Notes: generated by a model from the letters alone, not told the origin. Positions 18,824 through 28,747 are shown, numbered from the stretch's first letter. The stretch is DNA of 64,000 nucleotides from Candidatus Obscuribacteraceae bacterium (GCA_044229845.1 JBGASG010000001.1:448001-512000), one strand, 5' to 3'. Made by a program: numbers and translations.

Positions 18824-19495
18824 TTACTTGCTGAAATACTTCCTCAGTTTTGCATCGACAACGATGGAAGGTATCCACAGTGTCCCTTCTATGATGCTTG
18901 TCACCGGGTTTTCCTTAACGTGCTTGAGCACGTCGTCCGGCGTTTCTGAAATTTCTTTGATCACTTTATTGGCGAGGTCTTTGATTTGTTTCTCCGTGCG
19001 TCCGGCTTCCCGTCCCAACGCCGCCGCACCAGTTATTACGGCGCCCTCAGCCAGCTTGCTGGCGGACACCGCCTGTCCCACCGCGCCAACTGCACCACTC
19101 ACGACGCCGGCTCCGGCCATCGCCAGATCGTCGGTAGCCGACGGCGAACCGTTGCCGCTTTCCGGCGTCCAGCTGTGGATTGGCGAGAGCAAGCCCTGCA
19201 GCGATCTGGGACGGTTCTCCTCCGCCGGTGACATGTGGTGGCGCAGGTCGTTGAACAGATCTTTGAAAGAATTGGGAATGACACTCGGCAAGGTACCGGG
19301 CTTCAAGGCATCGAGAGCGTACCGGGTGGCGACGCCGGCCGCCACGCCGGCGGCGGGACTGAACGTCGACATCATTGCTTCTACGCCGGCGGCGGCGAAG
19401 ATTTTCGCAGCCTCTTCCGCCTGTTTTGCCGATGTGCCGAGCGGTCCGCTGAGACTCTTTTCTTCGCTGCTGGTATCAATCTGTCGGTCACTCAT
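18824..19495 (-). CDS. Hypothetical Gly/Ala-rich protein, paralog of 18147-18560
   Basis: GAGG SD upstream; shared C-terminal motif. Confidence 0.8.
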   Translation of the reverse strand: MSDRQIDTSSEEKSLSGPLGTSAKQAEEAAKIFAAAGVEAMMSTFSPAAGVAAGVATRYALDALKPGTLPSVIPNSFKDLFNDLRHHMSPAEENRPRSLQGLLSPIHSWTPESGNGSPSATDDLAMAGAGVVSGAVGAVGQAVSASKLAEGAVITGAAALGREAGRTEKQIKDLANKVIKEISETPDDVLKHVKENPVTSIIEGTLWIPSIVVDAKLRKYFSK

Positions 19496-19638
19496 GTGGT
19501 AATTACCTCAGTTTGCTTTGCCAAACCGATTACCCTTGAGTATGTCCGCCCACGAGACTATATGCAGACAGACAGATTTTTCGACACGAGAGAAAAAAGT
19601 TTCTCCGTCAGAGGTTAGCACCACAAGTGGTGCAATCT

Positions 19639-19854
19639 TCAGTTAAGGATCGGTGCCGGATCCGCATGCGGTTTTTTCGGTTCATCCGGCGCCGGCTGCT
19701 CGGGAATCGGGTCGCCCGGCAGTGGCGTTGGGCGCGGCACGGGATCAGGCACGGGTATTTGCGGGCGGCGAATATCCGGTTCTTCTTCCGGCATCGGCGG
19801 CTGATCGGGAATCGGCTGAGCCGGGTTGATTGACGGGTCGTTGTTTGCGGACAT
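19639..19854 (-). CDS. Small proline-rich disordered protein
   Basis: 71 aa; GGAGG SD upstream; PIPDQP occurs again as PIPEQP. Confidence 0.7.
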   Translation of the reverse strand: MSANNDPSINPAQPIPDQPPMPEEEPDIRRPQIPVPDPVPRPTPLPGDPIPEQPAPDEPKKPHADPAPILN

Positions 19855-19932
19855 AGCGTATTACCTCCTGTCTTGCGTGTTGTGACGCAAGCCGGCAGGT
19901 TCGGTGCCCGCAACTGTTGAGCTTTGCAGGCG

Positions 19933-20574
19933 CTATTTCTTGCTCATGACCGTGATCAATTCCTGCCCTTTGCGCTCGGGAATGGAATTGTGCGGCTCGT
20001 ACACGAGATCAAAATTGAATTTCTTGTCGAACAGATCATATAGATCGGTTTTCGCCAGACCGAAGGGGGGACCCGCGGCCGTATCAGGCAAAATCCACCA
20101 GAGCCCGATATGTTTGCCCGTCGGCTTCAGCAGGTCGTGAATTGTGAAAACATAGGTTCGTCGTCTCGACGGATGCAGCCCGCTGAAAACACAGTGCTCG
20201 AAGATATAGTCGTAGTACTGGTCGTACTCGTGAATTTCGAAAAAGTCGCGTTCGAGAAGATAGCCTGTCGTGCCGTTGACTCCAGCTTTGGAAAACAACT
20301 CGTGCGTGCGTTGAATCGCAGATTTGGCGAAGTCGACGCCGGTCACCTCGAAGCCTGCCTCAATGAAAGGCATGCAATCAAAGCCACTGCCGCAGCCGAG
20401 AACCAGAATCCGACCCGGCGGCTTCGGCGCGTAGGGCGTCTGCATAAATGCCACCAGGGGCGGTGCGGGGCGATTTAACTCCCAGGGAGTCCGCTTTGTC
20501 TGGTAGAGGTTTTCCCAGAATTCAGCGTCGTCCACGGTCGGACTGTTCTTCGTGTTAAGCTGCGATTGGCTCAT
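19933..20574 (-). CDS. TPMT-like thiol/halide SAM methyltransferase
   Basis: FWENLY..TPW, LVLGCGSGFD, DFF and GPPF motifs. Confidence 0.88.
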   Translation of the reverse strand: MSQSQLNTKNSPTVDDAEFWENLYQTKRTPWELNRPAPPLVAFMQTPYAPKPPGRILVLGCGSGFDCMPFIEAGFEVTGVDFAKSAIQRTHELFSKAGVNGTTGYLLERDFFEIHEYDQYYDYIFEHCVFSGLHPSRRRTYVFTIHDLLKPTGKHIGLWWILPDTAAGPPFGLAKTDLYDLFDKKFNFDLVYEPHNSIPERKGQELITVMSKK

Positions 20575-20693
20575 GGCTATGACTAGTCAAGGAAAGGGTT
20601 ATTCAGCGGGAGCGTGGCGGAGGCGATTCTTGAACTGCCTAGATTTATTGTGCCACTTAGCGCCCAAAGTATAGCCTCTCCGGCAAAACAACT

Positions 20694-21095
20694 TCAAAGA
20701 GCCAGATGATGCAGGAGGCGGTCCAAAAACGCCCGCTGGTCGGGGTGTAGCAGGCTGCGAGCCAGGTCCATGCCCACAAATTCCGACTTATCGACCTCCC
20801 AGGAGGCGCAGCGCGGCTGGGCGTCCTCCGGAGCCTTGCCCACGAAGCAATGAATGCGCTTGCGGCTCTTCTTATAGTCGACATAGCCTAATGGCTGCAA
20901 CGAACCGGCAACGATTCCCGCCTCCTCGTAGGTTTCGCGGCGCGCGGCATCTTCCATGGTCTCGCCGGGCTCCGGAAGTCCCTTTGGGATGCTCCAGGGC
21001 GACTTCTTGTTATAGTTGCCGGATGGATGGACCAGTAGTACTTCCAAGTCGTTGCCGGCCTGGCGGTATAGAAGCGTGCCAGCTGTTTCCTTCAT
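20694..21095 (-). CDS. NUDIX hydrolase
   Basis: PKG..EPGE..EDAARRETYEEAG Nudix box. Confidence 0.92.
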   Translation of the reverse strand: MKETAGTLLYRQAGNDLEVLLVHPSGNYNKKSPWSIPKGLPEPGETMEDAARRETYEEAGIVAGSLQPLGYVDYKKSRKRIHCFVGKAPEDAQPRCASWEVDKSEFVGMDLARSLLHPDQRAFLDRLLHHLAL

Positions 21096-21231
21096 CTGCG
21101 CCTGTTGTTGCCGTCGTCCAAAAATTCCAAAATTGTAGCAAACGGCCGGCGGACCATAACAGTGCCCGGTGGTTGTGCCGGGCGGCGTTTACATTGCCAC
21201 CTTATTTAGTGGCGCTGCGGATATTCCGGAG

Positions 21232-21567
21232 TTAGACCAGGTGTAGCAGGATTGCCATAGCTAGTCCGGATGAGCAGACCAGCAAGACATAGACCACAGC
21301 CATGAGAGTTGTATGCAAGACGGCGGCGCGACGCGCGTGGCGGCGGGCTGCTGCGAAGCGCTCGCTGTTGGGATCTACTTTGGGTAGCCGCTCACGAGTG
21401 CTGCTGATGGCGCGCCAGTTATCGACGTTCGACCTGGCGCGTCTGATTTCTGCTTCCTCACGTTCGAGGCGCTGTTGGAAGGGGCTGAGTATCTTGAATT
21501 CGCTGCCTATTTCCGGGTCGTAGAGGGAGAGAGGATCGAATTTTTCGTGTGCAAGAGTGGCTGACAT
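21232..21567 (-). CDS. Hypothetical protein with a C-terminal TM helix
   Basis: GAGGTG SD before ATG 21567; hydrophobic C-terminus. Confidence 0.65.
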   Translation of the reverse strand: MSATLAHEKFDPLSLYDPEIGSEFKILSPFQQRLEREEAEIRRARSNVDNWRAISSTRERLPKVDPNSERFAAARRHARRAAVLHTTLMAVVYVLLVCSSGLAMAILLHLV

Positions 21568-21683
21568 GATGTTCACCTCAGTCAGAAGGTCGCCAATTCG
21601 TCGCACGCGGGCCAGCATCCGCGAGACGGAAGCGACAGGGTTGTCAATTGCGTAGTAAGAGAGGACTAGGGCATGAAAACTCG

Positions 21684-21712
21684 ATAATGGGGCAAAGTTT
21701 CTGGAATGTCAA
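21684..21712 (-). promoter_or_regulatory. Putative sigma70 promoter
   Basis: TTGACA-17-CATTAT on the minus strand upstream of 21567. Confidence 0.55.
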
Positions 21713-21786
21713 GCCTTTTTAATCGAAGCCGCAGTAGTCCCGCCTGCCGTCCGGCCGGTGTGAATGGCACCGCTGGCGGTGCTGCT

Positions 21787-23502
21787 TTATAGTCCCATGA
21801 AGTCTGGTCCGCTGCCTTGCTCGGTGGGCTTGACGCGCAGATTCACTTCCGGACAGACGATTTCGCAGGTGCGGCAGTGGATGCAGTTCTCGAGCGACAT
21901 GCCGTGTTTCTTCAAGTCGCCCAGAATGTCCACGCGGTGCACTTCGGCCGTGCAATCTGCAACGCAGGGTACGTCTTTTTTCAGCCCGTCGTACTTGCGA
22001 ATGCAAGCCACGCAGACATCCGCATTGAACTCGTCAATGTGCTTGTTGCCTTCGTGATATTTGGTTGATGCATAGAAAACGGCATCCGGGCGTGAGTAGA
22101 TGGTTGCTTTGTCATAGGGCGGCTCATCGTACTTGGGCGGCACCCAACTGGGCACGATGTGTTTGTAATCAGGCTCATAACGGATTGCGCCGATATCTTT
22201 GCCTTTTTCCATCAAGCCCAGGGCTCGAATACCATCGCCGGCTGCCTGGAAAGGATTGGGAAATCCGGCTTTCAGTACGCCCAAGAGTGGGGCGCCGGAA
22301 TCGACGCCGCGCGCGACTTTAGGCAGGTATTGCTCCAAAAGTCGTGGATTCTCCATGAAGGTCCAGCGGAAATAGCGGTCTTTGTAAGACTCTTGAATGA
22401 CGAAACTATCACGCAGCCGTTTCTCATACGGCGCCAGCGCGGCTTCGCTGTAGTCCTCTTTCTGGAGCGCATCCCAGAATACTTCGGCAGCGATGCGACC
22501 GCATTCCATGGCACGGTCGATGCCGGCCAGGTTCTTCACGTTGAGGACGCCCAGAGCGTCGCCCATGAGCACCGCGCCAGGTACGCAGAACTTCTTGGGC
22601 AGGCTGAAATAGCCTCCCTCAGGCAAGAGTGCGGCGCCGTACTTGAGCAGTTTGCCGCCATGCAACAACTTCTGCAGCCAGGGATGTTTTTTGTACTCCT
22701 GCAGTTTCATCTGCGGGTTGAGGTTGGGATCTTTGCTGTCCAGGCTGATGACCATACCGATGGTCAGCTTCTTGTCCTTCATGCCGTAGACGAAGCCACC
22801 ACCGAAGGTGCCATCCAGAAGAGGCCAACCGAGAGTGTGCCAGACTTTGCCGGCGTAGTCCTCGGTGACCTGCCAGGTTTCTTTAACGCCGACAGACCAG
22901 ATTTGCGGGTTGTCGCGCAGTTTGAAATGGTCGATCACATCACGTGAGATGAAGCCCTTGTCACCAAATGCGGTGAACTTCGAATAGACGTAATCTTCTT
23001 CGCTTTTCGCGTCTTCAGTGACTTTGACGCCGGCAACACGCCCATCTTCGAAGACGACGCCGTGGGCGGAGAAGCCGGTAAACAGGTCGATGGCGACGTT
23101 CGGTACTTCCTTGGCTTTCTCTTGAACTTGCTTGGCCATCCAGGAAACGACGTAGCTGAGCGTCAGGACCAGATAGCCGGTCTTGTCGAATGTCTTCGGG
23201 TAGAGCTTGGGCGGAATGTCCCATTTCTCTTGCATGCCGAGCACCGAAAAGTTGCTTTCGTTGCAAACGGCTTCGATGGGAAAATTCAGTTCTTTGTAGT
23301 TGGGCCAGACCTTCTCCAGCACACCGGGGTGCGAAACGGCGCCGCTCACTACGTGGCTGCCGAACTCTTTACCCTTCTCGAGAATAGCTATCGACAGCGG
23401 TTTTTCGCTGCCTTTGGCCAGTTCCAGAAAACGGTATGCCAGCGTGAGATTGGAGGGGCTGCCACCAACGAGAAGAAGATCGTACTCAATGCGATCCGAC
23501 AA
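21787..23502 (-). CDS. fixC: ETF:quinone oxidoreductase, FixC-like flavoprotein fused to a FixX-like ferredoxin
   Basis: LEKG..FGSH..SGA, GVKETW, GGGFVY, PEGG, GDA and GI..AM..G motifs; C-terminal CVADC.AEV and CIHCRTCEIVCP; ends GSGPDF. Confidence 0.88.
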   Translation of the reverse strand: MSDRIEYDLLLVGGSPSNLTLAYRFLELAKGSEKPLSIAILEKGKEFGSHVVSGAVSHPGVLEKVWPNYKELNFPIEAVCNESNFSVLGMQEKWDIPPKLYPKTFDKTGYLVLTLSYVVSWMAKQVQEKAKEVPNVAIDLFTGFSAHGVVFEDGRVAGVKVTEDAKSEEDYVYSKFTAFGDKGFISRDVIDHFKLRDNPQIWSVGVKETWQVTEDYAGKVWHTLGWPLLDGTFGGGFVYGMKDKKLTIGMVISLDSKDPNLNPQMKLQEYKKHPWLQKLLHGGKLLKYGAALLPEGGYFSLPKKFCVPGAVLMGDALGVLNVKNLAGIDRAMECGRIAAEVFWDALQKEDYSEAALAPYEKRLRDSFVIQESYKDRYFRWTFMENPRLLEQYLPKVARGVDSGAPLLGVLKAGFPNPFQAAGDGIRALGLMEKGKDIGAIRYEPDYKHIVPSWVPPKYDEPPYDKATIYSRPDAVFYASTKYHEGNKHIDEFNADVCVACIRKYDGLKKDVPCVADCTAEVHRVDILGDLKKHGMSLENCIHCRTCEIVCPEVNLRVKPTEQGSGPDFMGL

Positions 23503-24658
23503 CTGCCTGTACCTCTTGACCTTTACTCTTTGCTTGCGCCTTGAACTGTTTGATCAGCTCCGGCACGATCTGATAGACATCGCCGACGATGCCATGATGG
23601 GCGAACTTGAAGATCGGCGCATCAGGGTCCTTATTTATAGCAATGATCAGTCCGGACTTCGACATGCCCACCCGGTGCTGAATCGCGCCTGAAATGCCGC
23701 AGGCGATATACAACTTGGGTCTGACGGTCTTACCCGTTTGACCGACTTGATGCTCGTAAGGTATCCATCCCAGATCTACAACTTTGCGCGAGGCGCCGAT
23801 TGCAGAGTTTTCGAAGCAAGCCGCCAGATCGCGCAGCAGCGCAAATCCATCGGCAGTCTGCATGCCATAACCGCCCGCCACAATCACGTCGGCATCAGTC
23901 AACTTCATGGCCGAAGCTACTTCGCGCACCACGTCGGCAACGATCAATCGATAATCTTCCGGTTTCAGATTGACCGGCACGTTAATGATTTCGCCTTTGC
24001 GCGACGGATCCGCTTTCAGCGGAATCATGACGCCCGGGCGCGTGGTGGCCATCTGCGGGTTTTTCCACGGTCCGAGAATACGCGCTTTCAAACTTTCGCC
24101 GAAAGACGGACGAATGGCGTAGAGGCAGTCCGGATAAAGACCCAGCTTGGAAGGGTCGACTTTGCTCTTGTGCTCGTAGGGTCCGATATCCAACTCGGTG
24201 CAATCGGCGGTCAGTCCGGTTTCGAAGTGTGCAGCAATGCGTGGTGCTAAGTCGCGACCGGTGGTTGTAGAACCGAGCAGCGCCACGTGCGGCGGCTCCG
24301 GCAACGACTCGAGAAAATCGCAGATGACGCGGCGGTAGGGCAGCGTGCGGTACATGTGCAGCTCAGGATGATCAGCAACGTACACCTTGTGTGCGCCGTG
24401 ATGAATCAGCTTTTGTGGCATGTCGCCCAGGTTGTGACCGAGCACAATGCAGAGAACTTGCGTCTCCAACTTTTGCGTGAGCAAAGTGGCTGCGCCCAGA
24501 AGTTCCAGCGTCACAGGCTGCAATTCGCCCATGATGTGTTCGGCGACCACCAGTACATTGCCGCGTGGCGTTTCGTGAATCGGCAGAGCCGTCTGCTCGC
24601 CGGTAGTCTTGGGGGTGGCGCCAGCAGCGCCTTCCGCCGGTTTCTTCTCTTCGGTCAT
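23486..24658 (-). CDS. fixB: Electron transfer flavoprotein alpha subunit
   Basis: GLTADCT and QVGQTGKTVRPKLYIACGISGAIQHRVGM motifs. Start moved to ATG 24658. Confidence 0.95.
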   Translation of the reverse strand: MTEEKKPAEGAAGATPKTTGEQTALPIHETPRGNVLVVAEHIMGELQPVTLELLGAATLLTQKLETQVLCIVLGHNLGDMPQKLIHHGAHKVYVADHPELHMYRTLPYRRVICDFLESLPEPPHVALLGSTTTGRDLAPRIAAHFETGLTADCTELDIGPYEHKSKVDPSKLGLYPDCLYAIRPSFGESLKARILGPWKNPQMATTRPGVMIPLKADPSRKGEIINVPVNLKPEDYRLIVADVVREVASAMKLTDADVIVAGGYGMQTADGFALLRDLAACFENSAIGASRKVVDLGWIPYEHQVGQTGKTVRPKLYIACGISGAIQHRVGMSKSGLIIAINKDPDAPIFKFAHHGIVGDVYQIVPELIKQFKAQAKSKGQEVQAVVGSH

Positions 24659-25488
24659 GGTGCCACGAATTCCTTGACGTTGCAGTTGTTGACCAGTTGC
24701 TTGACGCATTCGTCAGGCGCGAGGCCTTCGTACATCTTGCAGTTGCCGCCGATTTCACCGACTTTGTCCGTGTGGGCAACGATGGTGGGCGAGCCTTTCA
24801 GACCGCAGCGGTCGGAGTCTGCCCCGACAGTGTCCAGGTTGACGGTGGTGATGATTTGATTCAACTCTTCCGGATGACGCTGCAGGTACTGCACGCGCCA
24901 GGCGCCACGAAACGACTTGTATTCCAGCGGATGGTAGGAGTTGGCGACGGTTATCAAAACCGGTGTCTCAACCGAGACATGCTGAATGCCGCCTTCGATA
25001 ATGCGGCGCGCTTTGACGCGGTCGTCCTCGATTTTGAAATCTTCGCAATAGGTGACTTGCGGCAAGCCCAATCGCTCGGCGATTTGTGGTCCAACCTGAG
25101 CCGTATCGCCGTCGGTGGTTTGCAGTCCGCAGAAGATCAGGTCGTACCGCCCCGCCCACTGAATAGTCTTGTGAAGCGCGTAGGCAGTTGCCAGCGTATC
25201 CGAGGCGGCCAGGCGCTTGTCGGAAAGGAGAACGCCGCGGTCGACGCCATGTTCGATGCCTTCCAGCAAAACTTCCACCGCCGGGGGCGGTCCCATTGAA
25301 ATGCAGGTTACCCTGCCGCCGTAGGCTTTCTTGGTGAAGAGTGCGGCTTGCAGCGCATAACGGTCGAACGGATTGAGCATCCGCTTCGCTTTAGCGCGGT
25401 CGATGGTGCCGTCCGGGTTGATACCAGCTTTGGAACCCTGGTCGGGCACCTGTTTGACGAGGACGAAAATATCGTACGGGCCAGGCAT
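24655..25488 (-). CDS. fixA: Electron transfer flavoprotein beta subunit
   Basis: VKQVPD, NPFD, SMGPP, SDTLATA, DGDTAQVGP and GLKGSPT motifs. Confidence 0.95.
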   Translation of the reverse strand: MPGPYDIFVLVKQVPDQGSKAGINPDGTIDRAKAKRMLNPFDRYALQAALFTKKAYGGRVTCISMGPPPAVEVLLEGIEHGVDRGVLLSDKRLAASDTLATAYALHKTIQWAGRYDLIFCGLQTTDGDTAQVGPQIAERLGLPQVTYCEDFKIEDDRVKARRIIEGGIQHVSVETPVLITVANSYHPLEYKSFRGAWRVQYLQRHPEELNQIITTVNLDTVGADSDRCGLKGSPTIVAHTDKVGEIGGNCKMYEGLAPDECVKQLVNNCNVKEFVAP

Positions 25489-25714
25489 TTAGGACACCTA
25501 TGAGATTCACCTAGAAATTCTAGCTAGATTAATAGGTATGGCCTGTCATTGTTAAAGATCTGCGCGCACTTTAAAACCGATTTTTGCAACACACGGCGGC
25601 GGCACAGCCCTACGCATGCGTTCAGCTTCCGTGAGTCTGCAATAATGTGCGGCGTCTCAGTTAAAGACCCAGGCATCTAAAGGTCTGAGCGGACGCCTTT
25701 GAAGGAGGTTCTGT

Positions 25715-27538
25715 ATGCGCTTGAAGAATTTGCTCGCACCGGTGTCCCTGGTTCTGGCCGGTACCCTGTTGCTTTCAAGCGGAGCGGCTTATGGGTCCGA
25801 CGGAGTGTCGGCGGCGCAAGCCGGAGGCTTTTCGTCCAGGTCGGCGAGCAAAGCCGCCAGTCCGGAAGTCGATAGATTTGCCGAGATGGCTGACGCCTAC
25901 TTTGAGGCGACTTTCAAATTTAGCCCCAGCTGGGCTACTGCCGCCGGCATACACACTTACGACGACCAGCTCAATACCCATTCGGCGAAGTCCATCGCCG
26001 ACCGGATTGAAGAATTGAAGTCATTCAAAGGACAGTTTGAAGGACTGAAAAAGGACAAGCTTGATTTCGCCACTAGTTTAGATCGCGAATTGATTCTCTC
26101 GAACATCAATGCCTATCTGTTTGAGTTGGAAGAGGTGCCTGATTGGAAACGCAATCCGGATTCCTACAGTTCAGGCGCCAGCGAGAGTTTGTTTGGGCTG
26201 GTCAAAAGAGACTTCGCACCGATCAACCAGCGTTTGAAATCGGTGGTGGCAAGGGAGAAACAGATTCCTGAGCTTTTGGCTAACGGCAAGAAAAATCTCG
26301 AAAACCCGCCGCGAGTATTTACTGAAGTGGCGCTGGAACAGATGCCGGGCACCATCGAGTTTTTCGAAAAGACAGTACCGGAGGCGGTGGCAACCGCTGA
26401 CGATCAGGCGCTGCTTGCCGAATTCAAAACCACGAATGCCAAATGCGTCGAGGCCCTCAAAGACTATCAGAACTTTTTGAAAACCGACTTGCTGCCTCGT
26501 TCTAAGGGCGACTACGCTCTGGGCAAAGCGCGCTATCGCAAGAAATTGCTGAACGACGAAATGGTCGATACCTCGATCGAAGTGTTGCTCATGCGTGGGC
26601 AGATCGAGTTAAAGCGGCTGCAAGAGGAGTTTGCCGCCACCGCCAAAGCTATCGATCCGAAAAAGACACCGGTTCAGGTGTTGAAAGAGATGAGTGCCGA
26701 CCACCCGGCGCCGGATCAGCTGCTCGCCTCGACCCAGTCCGTATTAGCCAAGTTGCGCGCCGACTCGGCGGCGGTGGTGACCATTCCCAGCGGCGAAGAA
26801 TTGAAAGTGGAAGAGACTCCACCGTTCTGGCGCGCTCTTTCCTTCGCATCCATGGATGCACCGGGACCGTTCGAAACAAAGGCTAAAGAGGCTTTCTACA
26901 ACGTCACCTTGCCCGAAAAGTCGTGGACGCCGCAAAAAACCGAAGAGCACATGCGCGCCTTCTCGAAGATGGATGTGCTCAACACCTCGGTGCACGAAGC
27001 TTATCCCGGGCATTATGTGCAGGGGCTCTGGGTGCGGCAGGCGCCGTCTGCCACCCGCAAATTGATCTACTGCGGCTCCAACTCCGAAGGCTGGGCACAT
27101 TACTGCGAAGAGATGATGGTGCCCTATGTATCGAAGGACGACAACAAGCTGAAACTGGCTATGCTGCAGGATGCGCTGCTGCGCGTCTGTCGCTACATTG
27201 TCGGCATCAAGATGCACACACAAGACATGACCATGGAAGAAGGCATCGCGTTTTTCGAGAAGGAAGGGTTTCAAGAACACGCCAATGCCGAACGCGAAAC
27301 CAAGCGTGGCACTATGGATCCGACCTACTGTGTCTACACGCTGGGCAAGATGCAAATCAAAGCACTGCGTGATGACTACGAGAAAGCCAAGGGCAGCGCC
27401 TATTCATTGAAAGGGTTCCACGATGCCTTTCTCGGGCAGGGGCAGGTGCCGGTAAAGATTGTCCGGGATGCGTTGCTGGGCAACGGCACCGTCTCCAGTC
27501 AGAATTCGCTGGAAGCCTCGGACAAGAGCGGGAAGTAA
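25715..27538 (+). CDS. DUF885 family secreted protein (metallopeptidase-like)
   Basis: Signal peptide; HEAYPGHY.Q, EGWAHYCE, Y.LG..QI..LR and FHD motifs. Confidence 0.9.
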   Translation: MRLKNLLAPVSLVLAGTLLLSSGAAYGSDGVSAAQAGGFSSRSASKAASPEVDRFAEMADAYFEATFKFSPSWATAAGIHTYDDQLNTHSAKSIADRIEELKSFKGQFEGLKKDKLDFATSLDRELILSNINAYLFELEEVPDWKRNPDSYSSGASESLFGLVKRDFAPINQRLKSVVAREKQIPELLANGKKNLENPPRVFTEVALEQMPGTIEFFEKTVPEAVATADDQALLAEFKTTNAKCVEALKDYQNFLKTDLLPRSKGDYALGKARYRKKLLNDEMVDTSIEVLLMRGQIELKRLQEEFAATAKAIDPKKTPVQVLKEMSADHPAPDQLLASTQSVLAKLRADSAAVVTIPSGEELKVEETPPFWRALSFASMDAPGPFETKAKEAFYNVTLPEKSWTPQKTEEHMRAFSKMDVLNTSVHEAYPGHYVQGLWVRQAPSATRKLIYCGSNSEGWAHYCEEMMVPYVSKDDNKLKLAMLQDALLRVCRYIVGIKMHTQDMTMEEGIAFFEKEGFQEHANAERETKRGTMDPTYCVYTLGKMQIKALRDDYEKAKGSAYSLKGFHDAFLGQGQVPVKIVRDALLGNGTVSSQNSLEASDKSGK

Positions 27539-27654
27539 GTCGCCGAAGATACCCCAGGATTTGCTCACAGTTGTAAACACCGAGTAATCAGGAACCTCGG
27601 TGGCGCCCGCCGTGTGACATAATTTTCGCTCCAGTCACTGCAGGAGCACGTAGC

Positions 27655-28464
27655 ATGACCACTAAGGTTGAAGAGCAAATTAAGCAGACAGGTGATTTGC
27701 TCAAGGGCAAGAAAGGCATCATTCTCGGTGTGGCCAACGACCACAGCCTGGCCTGGTTCTGCGCGCAACAGCTTTATGCTCAAGGTGCACAGCTGGCATT
27801 CACCTATCAAGCCGAGCCGCTCGAGCGCCGCGTCAGACCGCTTGCCGAAAGCGTCGAATCGACCTTCATCGAGCAATGCGATCTCGGTGATGATGCGCAG
27901 ATTGAGAAGACCTTCGCCAAATTGAAGGAAAAGTTCGGCACCATAGATTTCTTGATTCACGCAGTGGCTTTCGCCAACAAAGCAGAGCTGGAAGGGCATT
28001 TCATCGACACCAGCCGCGATGGATTTAAACTCGCGCTCGACGTCAGCGCCTATACATTTACTGCTGTCGCCCGCGCTGCCATGCCGCTTTTCGATCCTGA
28101 AAAAGGCGGCGCGCTCGTCACCCTCACCTATTACGGTGCCGAGAAAGTAATCCCCAACTACAACGTCATGGGTGTAGCAAAAGCTGCTCTGGAAGCCAGT
28201 GTCCGTTATCTGGCCGCCGACATCGGCGCCAAGAACATTCGCTGCAATGCCATTTCAGCAGGACCGGTGCGCACACTGGCCGCTATGGGCATCTCCGGGT
28301 TCCGCGACATGCTGAAGCTGGTGGCCGATAAGGCGCCATTGAAGCGTAACGTGGCTGCCGATGAAGTCGGCAAGACTGCTCTCTTTTTGGTCAGCGACCT
28401 CTCTTCTGGTATCACAGGCGAAACCATTCACGTCGACTGCGGCTACAGCGTCATGGGCATGTAA
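27655..28464 (+). CDS. fabI: Enoyl-ACP reductase
   Basis: GVAN..S.A, PNYNVMGVAKAALE and NAISAGPVRTLA motifs. Confidence 0.96.
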   Translation: MTTKVEEQIKQTGDLLKGKKGIILGVANDHSLAWFCAQQLYAQGAQLAFTYQAEPLERRVRPLAESVESTFIEQCDLGDDAQIEKTFAKLKEKFGTIDFLIHAVAFANKAELEGHFIDTSRDGFKLALDVSAYTFTAVARAAMPLFDPEKGGALVTLTYYGAEKVIPNYNVMGVAKAALEASVRYLAADIGAKNIRCNAISAGPVRTLAAMGISGFRDMLKLVADKAPLKRNVAADEVGKTALFLVSDLSSGITGETIHVDCGYSVMGM

Positions 28465-28484
28465 GGGCGCAGAAGTTTTTCCGA

Positions 28485-28679
28485 CGGGCAGGGGGGTGAT
28501 CCTCGCCTTGTGCATATCAACAAAAGTGTTGTTTCCAAGAGGTGTCGCCGAGGAAAGCCCCCGGACTGGTGCCGGGACGTTCGCTTGGCGCCTCCGGAAA
28601 ATCAACACTTTTGTTTAAACGCACTAAGGCCGGCCGAGACACCCCCGGTTGGCGACTGTGGCGGACGGGCAGGTGCCCG
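28485..28679 (+). ncRNA. Long rod-like structured RNA candidate (6S RNA-like or MITE)
   Basis: Nested complementary arms GGGGTG/CACCCC, CTCG/CGAG, GCCTT/AAGGC, GTGC/GCAC, AACAAAAGTGTTG/CAACACTTTTGTT, TTTCC/GGAAA, GAGGTGTC/GGCGCCTC and CCCGG/CCGGG. Confidence 0.45.
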
Positions 28680-28685
28680 AAAATC

Positions 28686-28729
28686 GCCAAAAAAAAGAGT
28701 GCCGTGCAAGCACTCTCTTTTTTGTTGGC
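28686..28729. terminator. Bidirectional intrinsic terminator
   Basis: A-tract-GAGTGC-loop-GCACTC-T-tract between convergent units. Confidence 0.8.
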
Positions 28730-28747
28730 AGCGCACTGGGAGGGGCT

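Noticed and set aside
18828..19502. 224-aa plus-strand ORF
   Set aside because: Antisense to the gene with an SD sequence and a paralog-supported C-terminal motif.
21787..25488. fix genes as evidence of nitrogen fixation
   Set aside because: No nif genes are in the window, and FixABCX-like ETFs occur widely in non-diazotrophs.
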